Virus record (IMG/VR): IMGVR_UViG_3300014613_000011
Span: 1-42,345 of that record
DNA from: a virus
Lineage: Duplodnaviria; Caudoviricetes
DNA length: 42,345 bases
Reading direction: 5' to 3' (one strand)
This document shows, piece by piece, positions 33,913 through 41,588 of this stretch. Every line of letters starts with the position of its first letter. Position 1 is the stretch's first letter. The notes beneath the pieces were generated by a model. It was not told the origin of the DNA, made no database searches, and worked only from the letters and a program-made list of their open reading frames with translations. A program made the translations under genes and the position numbers.

Positions 33913-34161
33913 TTACCACCAAATATTGTGATAGCCGGTGACGTTGATTAACTTCCGGCAATGCTCGCCGGGATGTCCCTTCTCCCGGTTGCAGTATGTT
34001 CCCGGCGTTGACGAGATGTGCGGTGGTGCCTCTTTGCCGCACAACTGGCAGTCGTGGTCGTATATGCGACCCTGAATGTTGCACTTTACATCTGGCGATC
34101 CACAAACCGGACACCTTGTGAAATAGCCCTGTACGGTTCCGTCTGGTAGTTCTTCACCCAT
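33913..34161 (-). CDS. Small Cys/His-rich (zinc-binding) protein
   Basis: CPVCG, CQLCG and YC..EKGH.GEH. AAGGAGG RBS. Confidence 0.6.
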   Translation of the reverse strand: MGEELPDGTVQGYFTRCPVCGSPDVKCNIQGRIYDHDCQLCGKEAPPHISSTPGTYCNREKGHPGEHCRKLINVTGYHNIWW

Positions 34162-34255
34162 AATACCCTCCTTGGTTGGTGGTGGTTACACGGTCCTGTT
34201 GGTCCGCTCACTGAGGGGCAAGACCTCCTCCAAGGTCCTGCCCCCTGTCAACGGA

Positions 34256-35242
34256 TCAAGCAGCCCGAAGCACCCGCTCCATGGACGTCTCGATTTTGCC
34301 CATCATCCGCTCCCGCAGGATGTCACTGGACACCTCATGGGTGGCGAACTGGGTCAGCAGGTTGTACGCTCTCCACAAGTTGAGGTACTTCTTCTGCTTC
34401 TGGGCGTCGAGGAAGTCCACCACCTGGAGACGGGGAGCGCCTTCCACTCCGGACACCTCCCGCATCTCCTTGAATCGGTCAAGCTGGCCCTGGGACAGGC
34501 TGACACCGTTTAGAAGCTGCTCGACCATGGCGGGAGTGGTCTTGGTTTCTGCCCATACCTTCCACAGCTCGATCTGCTCGGAGAATCGGCTCATGCCGTC
34601 CACGATCAGCCCCCGGAGTTGGTCGATGTCGATCCCCTGGTGGTGTTCCTTGCGCTGGGCAGCGAAGATCTTACCCACGGTCATGCCGTTTGAGCAGACC
34701 AGCCGGTAAGCTCCAAAGGTGGTACGGAGTGCCCAGCCGGTGTCGTAGCTGTTGAAGGTGACGATGCTGGGGTTGATGAGGTCGGGCTTGCCACCGGGGG
34801 TGTGAGGACCGATGTCGTAGGTGACATCCGGGAACTTGACCTCCAGCCGCATCCGGGCACCCTCGCGGGGCAGAGAGACGAAGGGTTCGGGGGTTCCGAA
34901 CTCCGGAAGAGTGAGTGCTGCAGCCATGACCGTGGCTATCACGTCCTGATGGCTGATGAGGTGATAAGCCTCGGTGACGCAGGGGGCAAAGACGCGTCCG
35001 GTGTCAGGATCAAAGATGGTCTTGTGGCCGTCACCCATGGGGACCATGTGTCCTTCGTGGTTGCGGTAGTGGGCAAGTCCTTCGTTGACGGACGGGTAGT
35101 CCACGACGTCCGGGTGTCCGTACAGGGTGAGCGCTTTGACCGTTTCTTCCTGAGGTGCGGGTTGCTCCACGGGTGCGGGTTGACTGGTGGAAGCGGGTTT
35201 GGTGGCCTTCTTGCGCGAGTTGATCTTGGTTACTTTAGCCAT
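34256..35242 (-). CDS. DUF932/DUF945-like phage/plasmid protein
   Basis: Y.LISHQDV and NSYD.G.A....FGAYRLVCSNGM, plus NLWRAYN.LT motifs. CAGGAGG RBS. Confidence 0.8.
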   Translation of the reverse strand: MAKVTKINSRKKATKPASTSQPAPVEQPAPQEETVKALTLYGHPDVVDYPSVNEGLAHYRNHEGHMVPMGDGHKTIFDPDTGRVFAPCVTEAYHLISHQDVIATVMAAALTLPEFGTPEPFVSLPREGARMRLEVKFPDVTYDIGPHTPGGKPDLINPSIVTFNSYDTGWALRTTFGAYRLVCSNGMTVGKIFAAQRKEHHQGIDIDQLRGLIVDGMSRFSEQIELWKVWAETKTTPAMVEQLLNGVSLSQGQLDRFKEMREVSGVEGAPRLQVVDFLDAQKQKKYLNLWRAYNLLTQFATHEVSSDILRERMMGKIETSMERVLRAA

Positions 35243-35282
35243 GGGTTGATCCTCCTGTGGTGGTGCGGGTTTGGGTGAGTGG

Positions 35283-35313
35283 TCACCCTTAAGACTTGCA
35301 AAGGTCGTGCCAA
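35283..35313 (-). promoter_or_regulatory. Sigma-54 (-24/-12) promoter P3
   Basis: TTGGCACGACCTTTGCA, then AGGGTGA. Upstream of the DUF932 gene. Confidence 0.85.
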
Positions 35314-35367
35314 GCCGTGATGATCAGCTCTGCCCCCCAACGCTGGGCTGAGGGGCAGTCCTGATGA

Positions 35368-35616
35368 TCACGATTCCTGATATCTCATTTGGAGGTCCAG
35401 TGTGGCCATGTCCAGGTCGGCATCGGTCAAGGGATCCTGTCCCGTGATCCGGTCGATCTGCTGCAAGGCGCGAAGGCGAAGGGGGCGACTCAGGCTCTCC
35501 TCCATCACCACATCGATCAGGTCTCCCCACACCTTTAGCTCCTGAACTGTGGCGCATCCGTCCGGGGTCCTCTGCTCTGCTGCTCTGACGATCCGTGTTG
35601 CCCGTGTGTTGTTCAT
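35368..35616 (-). CDS. Early hypothetical protein (MNNTRATRIV...)
   Basis: AAGGAGGAG RBS, directly after promoter P2. Confidence 0.65.
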   Translation of the reverse strand: MNNTRATRIVRAAEQRTPDGCATVQELKVWGDLIDVVMEESLSRPLRLRALQQIDRITGQDPLTDADLDMATLDLQMRYQES

Positions 35617-35656
35617 GTCGTGTCTCCTCCTTGGTTGGTGTGTGTGTGCTGAGGTG

Positions 35657-35686
35657 TCACCCTGGGAACTGCAAGCCTCGTGCCAG
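35657..35686 (-). promoter_or_regulatory. Sigma-54 (-24/-12) promoter P2
   Basis: CTGGCACGAGGCTTGCAGTTCCCAGGGTGA. Confidence 0.85.
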
Positions 35687-35710
35687 GGTGACTCCTTTCT
35701 GTGGGTCTGG

Positions 35711-35953
35711 TTAGAAGGTGGCGATGTCCTGGATGGCTCCATCTTTCCAAGAAAGCTGAAAGGGGATCGGCTCCGGCTCCCCATCCTCGGTGCACATGCC
35801 CCCGATCAGCAGCGTGTCCGGATCTCCGTCTTCTGGTCCCCACATCTCTTCGTCGGTGCCGATGTCGGTGATGCTGGTGATGGTGATGGGGCAGTCGTCC
35901 GCTGCGAGTAGGGCGTTGATGGTGGCGATGCTGGGTGTGGCTGGTCTGGTCAT
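35711..35953 (-). CDS. Early acidic hypothetical protein (MTRPATPSI...)
   Basis: AAGGAG RBS before the ATG at 35953. Confidence 0.6.
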   Translation of the reverse strand: MTRPATPSIATINALLAADDCPITITSITDIGTDEEMWGPEDGDPDTLLIGGMCTEDGEPEPIPFQLSWKDGAIQDIATF

Positions 35954-36002
35954 GGCTCGTGTCTCCTTGGTTGGTTGGTTGACTGTTGGTTGCCGTCCAG
36001 GC

Positions 36003-36284
36003 TCAGTCCTCCGGGATGGTAGCGAAGCGTCCCAGCGCGCCACTCCAAAACAGGAGGGCGGTGACGCGGGGGGCTGGGTTGGTCTTCTGGGCGCGGAGCC
36101 GCGCCAAGCAGCGGCGGCACGTCACCTTTGCGGGATCCGTGGTGGTGGCCTGTCGCCCGTTGCTGATCCGTCCGCAAAGCGGATGGTCCCAGGCTTGCGG
36201 CACGTGCGGGTGTCGAGTCGCGAAGTGCGTGCGGGTGCGTGCCTCTCTGTTGGCCTCTGCTGCTCTCGTGCGGGGTCTGGTCAT
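36003..36284 (-). CDS. Early hypothetical protein with a H..LCG..VTCRRC zinc-finger-like motif
   Basis: GAGGAG RBS before the ATG at 36284. Confidence 0.6.
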   Translation of the reverse strand: MTRPRTRAAEANREARTRTHFATRHPHVPQAWDHPLCGRISNGRQATTTDPAKVTCRRCLARLRAQKTNPAPRVTALLFWSGALGRFATIPED

Positions 36285-36354
36285 CGTGCGTCTCCTCGTG
36301 CGGGGTTGCGGGTTGTGTGGGGGCCGGTGCTCTGACCGGCCCCCGCTGTGGTGG

Positions 36355-36609
36355 TCACCGATCGGTGGCCCTGCGGTGTCGCATGGCCTCGCCCTCGCAG
36401 CTCTGCCGGATCCGCGTGATCTCGGGGTCTGCGTGGTCTGGGTGCGCCATGTGGCCCAGCAGCACCACGGCCATGCCCCAGGCCAGTGCTGCTCGTGCGT
36501 GGTCCTGGCTCCTGCCGGTGTGGTCTGCGATCCTGCCCAGCTCCCCTGCTGTCTGGGTGGGGGCATCTGTGGTGGCGATCTGTGCCATGCTGCGGTGGTG
36601 CTGTGCCAT
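36355..36609 (-). CDS. First early hypothetical protein (MAQHHRSM...)
   Basis: GAGGAGGAG RBS, directly after promoter P1. Confidence 0.55.
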   Translation of the reverse strand: MAQHHRSMAQIATTDAPTQTAGELGRIADHTGRSQDHARAALAWGMAVVLLGHMAHPDHADPEITRIRQSCEGEAMRHRRATDR

Positions 36610-36658
36610 GGTGGCTCCTCCTCGTGCGGGTGATGGGTGGCGGGGGTGGATTGCCCCC

Positions 36659-36688
36659 TCACCCTGGGAATTGCAACCCTCGTGCCAG
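36659..36688 (-). promoter_or_regulatory. Sigma-54 (-24/-12) promoter P1
   Basis: CTGGCACGAGGGTTGCAATTCCCAGGGTGA. 28 of 30 bases match P2. Confidence 0.85.
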
Positions 36689-36770
36689 CCGGACACAGCC
36701 CGACACCCCCACGGGTGGTGGTTACTGACCGTCAGTCACCCCCCACGGGTGGGTTGCACCTCAGACGCAA

Positions 36771-36894
36771 CGGAACTCCCAGTTCCGATTGACGGAACTC
36801 CCGGTTCCGACGGCCAATCCCCGCGAGGCCGCGTCGGTCGGGCACTCGCGACGATCGGAACCCCCAGTTCTGTTAGCCAGAACTCCGAGTTCCG
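36771..36894. promoter_or_regulatory. Four palindromic CRGAAC-N5-GTTCYG sites (putative enhancer or operator array)
   Basis: Copies at 36771-36787, 36793-36809, 36856-36872 and 36878-36894. Two pairs, each with 22-bp spacing. Confidence 0.75.
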
Positions 36895-37186
36895 ATTAGC
36901 GGTAATTAACGCCCGTGCAACGTGCGCAACGGTCCAGGCGGGAGCGTCACGACCCCAGCAGAGCAGCGGACCCCCACACCCCCAGCGGACCGGTGCGGAC
37001 CGCCGGTTCGGGCTGTCAGCACCCGGAGCCACGGACCGGACCGGGGGCGGGGGTTACCAATGGTGGGTGACGTCAGAGCGGGGGGCAGCCAGGGCAGCCG
37101 GGATTCCCGACCTCTCACGCGGGTGCAGACAGCAACCCCCCGGTGTCGTCAACCCCCCAGCCACGCAGCCGTGGACGCTGGGGTAC

Positions 37187-37221
37187 TGAGCGCTGCACCG
37201 TGACGTTGAGCGCTGCACCGT
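37187..37221. repeat. 15-bp direct repeat TGAGCGCTGCACCGT x2
   Basis: Copies at 37187-37201 and 37207-37221 in the non-coding control region. Confidence 0.8.
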
Positions 37222-37713
37222 CGTGCACTGGACTGACGGCCATTCAGCCAGCGGGGGGCGGTTCAGCAGCCGAGCAGGGGTCGACGGGTGATGGGTGCTC
37301 AGCAGGTGAACGGGCCAGCAGCCGCTGATGACCGTTCAGCCTGGGTCCCCCGCCTGGGAGGGGGGAAGGGGATGTGCGAGAAGGTGATATCCCTGGGGAG
37401 TATGGGATGTGGGGTCCTCTCGACTAACACGACTATTCCCCCAAAATTATGTGGGTCCCCCTGCCTACCCATATACCTATCCACCATATACATGGGGGAT
37501 TCGCCCAGGAGCACAGTTTGTCTCTCCACCCAAATGCGTACTCCCTTCAGAGTTATTGTCTCCCACACAAACACTTCACAACACCCATTAACCCCCGTTA
37601 ACATTGGACTGTGCCGGTGGGGAGGGGGAACAAGGACGCCTCCACCTTAGTCCTGGTGCCGGTCCCACCAGTGACGACCCCCTCCCCCCAACCCAAACCT
37701 AAGGAGACGAGAT

Positions 37714-37908
37714 GTGGATATGTCAGCAGTCACAAGTTCTATCAGTGCAGGAATCATGTGTCTGATTTGGTGGGATATCCGCACCATCCGCACGGAATTT
37801 AAAGGGCTGGAAACCAAATGCTCAGAGAAAAGAAGTGTGATCAATGACAGGCAGCACAACCTGGACACCAGGGTAGCTGTGTTAGAGGATAGAGGAGCCA
37901 AAAAATGA
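37714..37908 (+). CDS. Small membrane/coiled-coil protein, holin-like
   Basis: One hydrophobic segment, then a coiled coil ending RVAVLE. AAGGAG RBS. Confidence 0.5.
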   Translation: MDMSAVTSSISAGIMCLIWWDIRTIRTEFKGLETKCSEKRSVINDRQHNLDTRVAVLEDRGAKK

Positions 37909-38309
37909 AATGGACCCCAGCATTTAAAGAAGCATTTCTGGGTATGATAGAGGAAATCCCCAACATCACCGCTGTATGTCGGGTAATGGGAACTTCCACC
38001 ACCACCTGTCGCAGCCACCGGGAAAGTGATCCGGAGTTTGCTGCCCGACTGGCTCAGGCCCTGGAAGACGGGATAGACGGGTTGGAGGAGGTGGCGCGTA
38101 AACGTGCCGTGGACGGATGGGAGGAGCCGGTGTTTTATCGGGGAGAAGTGGTGGGGGAAATCACCAAGTACTCCGACCACCTACTCACCGTGCTGCTAAA
38201 AGGGAATCGGCCCAAAAAGTTCAACCCCAGACCGGGGATGGACATAAGCACCGATGGGCCTGTAGTGATGAACTTTAACCTTGGAGGAGATGGGGGAGAT
38301 GGTAACTAA
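37905..38309 (+). CDS. terS: Terminase small subunit
   Basis: AFL.....NIT..C HTH, DPEFA, LEEVARKRAVDG.EEPVFY.G..VG...KYSD.LL..LLKG.RP pattern. Confidence 0.85.
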   Translation: MKWTPAFKEAFLGMIEEIPNITAVCRVMGTSTTTCRSHRESDPEFAARLAQALEDGIDGLEEVARKRAVDGWEEPVFYRGEVVGEITKYSDHLLTVLLKGNRPKKFNPRPGMDISTDGPVVMNFNLGGDGGDGN

Positions 38310-38943
38310 GACGCCCAACCCCAAAAAACGTGAACCGGCCCCCAAACACGTGCCAGCCCCCAAGCTGATCATCGTCACCGGGATGCCCCGGTCCGGAACC
38401 AGTCTTATGATGCGGATCCTGCGCAACTCACGAGTCCGGGTCCTCACCGACGACAACCCCTCCTTTGAGATGGAAAAGACTGACCATCTCATGGAGGACA
38501 ATAAGTGGGTGACCCACCTCGACCCCAAAATCCCCACAGCGTTTAAAGTGTTGTGGCCCCAGTTTGTGCATCTCCCCTGGGAGACGCCCATGACCGCCAT
38601 CTGGATGGGCCGCAATCCCCGCGAACAGGCCAAGTCCCAACGCAAATTCGGCCACCTCATGGGTCAAAACATACCCCGGAGCTTTCTATCCCCCCGCACC
38701 AAACTGCTCACCAAGGTGGATGCCAGCGCCACCAGCTTTATACAGCGCCAGGAGTGGGTGAGGTTCATCCGCGTCTCCTTTGAGGATCTGGTGACCTCTC
38801 CCCATGTCACCTGCAGGGTTCTGAGCCGCGAGTTGGGGTTCACCCTCGACCCCTCTTGTGTGGTCCCCCGTGACCCCTGTAACGGACCCCCCGTGGGTAC
38901 GTTTGAACTCACCTATGACCAGGACGGGAGTCCCCATGGTTGA
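38299..38943 (+). CDS. Sulfotransferase-family (P-loop) protein
   Basis: IIVTGMPRSGTSLMMRIL 5'-PSB loop, RNPREQAKS 3'-PB-like motif and VSFEDLVTSP. Confidence 0.8.
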   Translation: MVTKTPNPKKREPAPKHVPAPKLIIVTGMPRSGTSLMMRILRNSRVRVLTDDNPSFEMEKTDHLMEDNKWVTHLDPKIPTAFKVLWPQFVHLPWETPMTAIWMGRNPREQAKSQRKFGHLMGQNIPRSFLSPRTKLLTKVDASATSFIQRQEWVRFIRVSFEDLVTSPHVTCRVLSRELGFTLDPSCVVPRDPCNGPPVGTFELTYDQDGSPHG

Positions 38944-40360
38944 GATTAACTATCTCGCGGAACCCACCCTATCCCTTTTCCACGCGGACCGCTCATTTTA
39001 CCGTGTAGTGAGGGGGCCGGTCCGGTCCGGAAAGTCCACGGGGATGAGCATTGAGGGGATGGCCATCGCCAATCGTCAGGTCCCCCATCCCAACTCCGGG
39101 CTTAGACGCACCCGTGGGGCCATCATCCGCAACACTTATCGTGAGCTTGAGGACACCACTATCAAGACATGGCTTATGTGGTTTCCGGAGAAGATCTTCG
39201 GGCGCATCAATCGCCAGAATATGTCCCAAATGATACGAGTCAACGATCTGGAAATGGAGATCCTGTTTCGCGCCCTGGACCGGCCCGATGACGTCGCCAA
39301 GCTCCTATCCCTGGAGCTTACCTGGGCCTGGGTCAACGAAGCCAGGGAGGTTCCCCGCGCCATCATTGACGTTCTGGGTGACCGCGTTGAGCAATATCCC
39401 CCGGCTTCGGAGGAAGGGTGCACCTGGGGAGGTGTCTTCCTCGATACCAACCCGCCCGATGAGGATCACTGGCTGGCCGAGATGGAGGCCAACCCTCCAG
39501 ACGGATGGCGTTTCTTCGTCCAGCCTGGAGCTTTGTTGGAGCGCGAAGGCGTGTTTTATCCCAATCCTGCCGCCGAGAACATCCGCAACCTAAACGGTGG
39601 GATGGGTTACTATCTCAAACGTCTTCCCGGCAAGAAGAACGGCTACGTGCGTGTCTACTACTGTAATCAGCACGGATACATCGAGGAGGGTAAGAGGGTC
39701 CACCCCGAATACTCCGACGCCATTCACTCCTCTAAGGAGCCGCTGGTTCCTACTCCCGGCCTCCCACTCCACATTGGGATTGACTTTGGCCTCACCCCCG
39801 CTGCCGCCATCTGTCAGAAGCAGATCGACGGACAGTGGCTGGTCCTCAAGGAGTTGGTAACCGAACGTCTTGGCGTCTCCAATTTCGTGGAGCTGGTACT
39901 CCTCCCCGAAATAGTGGCCAATTATCTCAGCTATGATTATCAGATCTGGGGGGATCCTGCCGGGAATCAGGAGAGTCAGAACAATGAGACTAGCATCTTT
40001 GACCTGTTCCGCAACCAGGGTCTGGAACCGGAACCGGCACCCTCCCAGAACCCCACGATCCGACGTGAGGCCTTGTCAGCCCCCCTCTCCCGTATGATCG
40101 ATGGTAAGCCTGGGATGTTGATTGATCCCTCCTGCCGCACTATCCGCAAGGGGTTATCCTCCAAGTTCATCTACAAGCGTCTACGCGTTGTGGGCGATGA
40201 GAAATATCATGAGGTACCTGACAAGAATTTCTGGTCCCATGTGTGTGAGGGTCTGGAATATGCCATGGTGGGAGCTGGGGAAGGTAAGCTGGAACTCGCA
40301 CCGCCTCCACCCCCCACTCCCCCACGTTTCCTTAGCCAAGGTTCCTGGATGGGAGCCTGA
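38936..40360 (+). CDS. terL: Terminase large subunit
   Basis: GPVRSGKS, IIRNTYREL..TT, LLSLELTWAWVNE, DTNPP, GIDFGLTPAA, GDPAG and SHVCEGLEY motifs. ATG at 38936. Confidence 0.92.
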   Translation: MVEINYLAEPTLSLFHADRSFYRVVRGPVRSGKSTGMSIEGMAIANRQVPHPNSGLRRTRGAIIRNTYRELEDTTIKTWLMWFPEKIFGRINRQNMSQMIRVNDLEMEILFRALDRPDDVAKLLSLELTWAWVNEAREVPRAIIDVLGDRVEQYPPASEEGCTWGGVFLDTNPPDEDHWLAEMEANPPDGWRFFVQPGALLEREGVFYPNPAAENIRNLNGGMGYYLKRLPGKKNGYVRVYYCNQHGYIEEGKRVHPEYSDAIHSSKEPLVPTPGLPLHIGIDFGLTPAAAICQKQIDGQWLVLKELVTERLGVSNFVELVLLPEIVANYLSYDYQIWGDPAGNQESQNNETSIFDLFRNQGLEPEPAPSQNPTIRREALSAPLSRMIDGKPGMLIDPSCRTIRKGLSSKFIYKRLRVVGDEKYHEVPDKNFWSHVCEGLEYAMVGAGEGKLELAPPPPPTPPRFLSQGSWMGA

Positions 40361-40370
40361 GGAGGTCCTA

Positions 40371-40565
40371 ATGGGTAGACTGGCCATTATACTAATTGTG
40401 TTGTGGGTTCTGTGCGGGTGTGCCCCCACTCCCCGCCCCATGCTCATACCCCTCGACTGTTTTGAGTATGGGGTGGAGTATACCATCACCCGGTCCCCAT
40501 TTGGGACCACCATACTGAGATCCTATCCGATTGATTACGGATCCCCTCTTGGAGGTGCCATATGA
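40371..40565 (+). CDS. Small lipoprotein (spanin-like?)
   Basis: MGRLAIILIVLWVLCG|C lipobox-like signal. GGAGG RBS. Confidence 0.55.
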   Translation: MGRLAIILIVLWVLCGCAPTPRPMLIPLDCFEYGVEYTITRSPFGTTILRSYPIDYGSPLGGAI

Positions 40566-40738
40566 TACCCACAGATGCCCAGATCTACGCTTTCTTCTCC
40601 GGCCATGGAGTCGCCACCGCTTTCTTTTTCGGTATGGTGTTTGGAGCCTTCCCCGGATACCTCAAGGGGGTGTGGTCCAGATTCCGCAAGCTGAGAGATA
40701 ACGGGAAAGGGGTTTCGAATGTCTCTCCCCAAGCTTAA
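40562..40738 (+). CDS. Small membrane protein (58 aa), holin-like
   Basis: Manual translation MIPTDAQIYAFFSGHGVATAFFFGMVFGAFPGYLKGVWSRFRKLR... GGAGG RBS and ATGA coupling. Confidence 0.5.
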   Translation: MIPTDAQIYAFFSGHGVATAFFFGMVFGAFPGYLKGVWSRFRKLRDNGKGVSNVSPQA

Positions 40739-41150
40739 ATACCGGAGTGGGTACAAATATCAGGTGGCCGAGAGTATCACCATTCAGACTCAGATCACTG
40801 GATTTTTTGCCCACAACCAGTTCCTACTACTCCTTGAAGATGGGACCCTGTTTATCCGAGTTGGGTACCCCTGGGACGGTCCGAGTGGTCCGGCCGTTGA
40901 CACCCCCAATTTCATGCTATCCTCCCTTGTCCATGATGCCTTTTATCAGCTTATGCGAGAGGAACTCCTCCCCCAGTCAATCCGGGAACTTGCGGACAAT
41001 GAAATGTCCCGGATTAACTATGAATGGGGATTGGATAATCCAGGAAAGGGTATGAGTTGGTTCCGACGCTGGTACACCCATCTTGGAGTGCGGATTGGGG
41101 CCTCTTCCGCTGCTGACCCCGCCAATCGACGCAAAATCATAGAGGTGTAA
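40719..41150 (+). CDS. DUF1353-like protein
   Basis: GYPWDGPS.P, SLVHDAFY and R.LAD motifs. Confidence 0.7.
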   Translation: MSLPKLKYRSGYKYQVAESITIQTQITGFFAHNQFLLLLEDGTLFIRVGYPWDGPSGPAVDTPNFMLSSLVHDAFYQLMREELLPQSIRELADNEMSRINYEWGLDNPGKGMSWFRRWYTHLGVRIGASSAADPANRRKIIEV

Positions 41151-41220
41151 CATGGTAGCTCCAGGCTGGTGGTTTCCAATAGTAGACCCAAAATTTCCAA
41201 TGCCAAGAAGGGGAATAATC

Positions 41221-41580
41221 ATGACTATCGACGCAATCAAATATCTGGAGACTCCGTTGGCCGTCATCAACACGGGTACTGTGTCCTCAGCCCTCATCCT
41301 TCAGCCTTGGACTCGCGCCATTGGGGTTTTCATCCCCGATATAGACGCCGGAGCCGTGGGCTTGGAGTGCTCCATGGACGGCGGAACCACCTTCGTCCCG
41401 GTCCAGGATCTGTGGCTTCAGGATGATTGTGTGATCATTGCCTCCGGGAAGGACCCCTGCTACGTGGACTTTTCCCCCTTCATCCAGTCCATCCAGCGGG
41501 GAAACTCCGAGTGTAAGATCCGGTTCACCTGTGCAGCCCAGTCAGCCGTCCGTACCTTAACCGTCGTCGAAGTCGGATAG
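41221..41580 (+). CDS. Hypothetical beta-rich protein before the portal gene
   Basis: ATG at 41221 after AAGGGG. SMDGGTTF Asp-box-like motif. Confidence 0.6.
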   Translation: MTIDAIKYLETPLAVINTGTVSSALILQPWTRAIGVFIPDIDAGAVGLECSMDGGTTFVPVQDLWLQDDCVIIASGKDPCYVDFSPFIQSIQRGNSECKIRFTCAAQSAVRTLTVVEVG

Positions 41581-41588
41581 GAGTTGCT

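Noticed and set aside
36771-36894. Gram-positive LexA (GAAC-N4-GTTC) boxes or a mini CRISPR array
   Set aside because: The spacer is N5 in all four copies. The repeats are 17 bp with 5, 46 and 5 bp gaps, which is not CRISPR periodicity, and there are no cas genes.
31870-37650. Long + strand ORFs (e.g. 31870..32811, 35986..36633, 36239..37189)
   Set aside because: They are antisense shadows of RBS-supported - strand genes, or GC-rich open frames over regulatory DNA, with no recognisable motifs.
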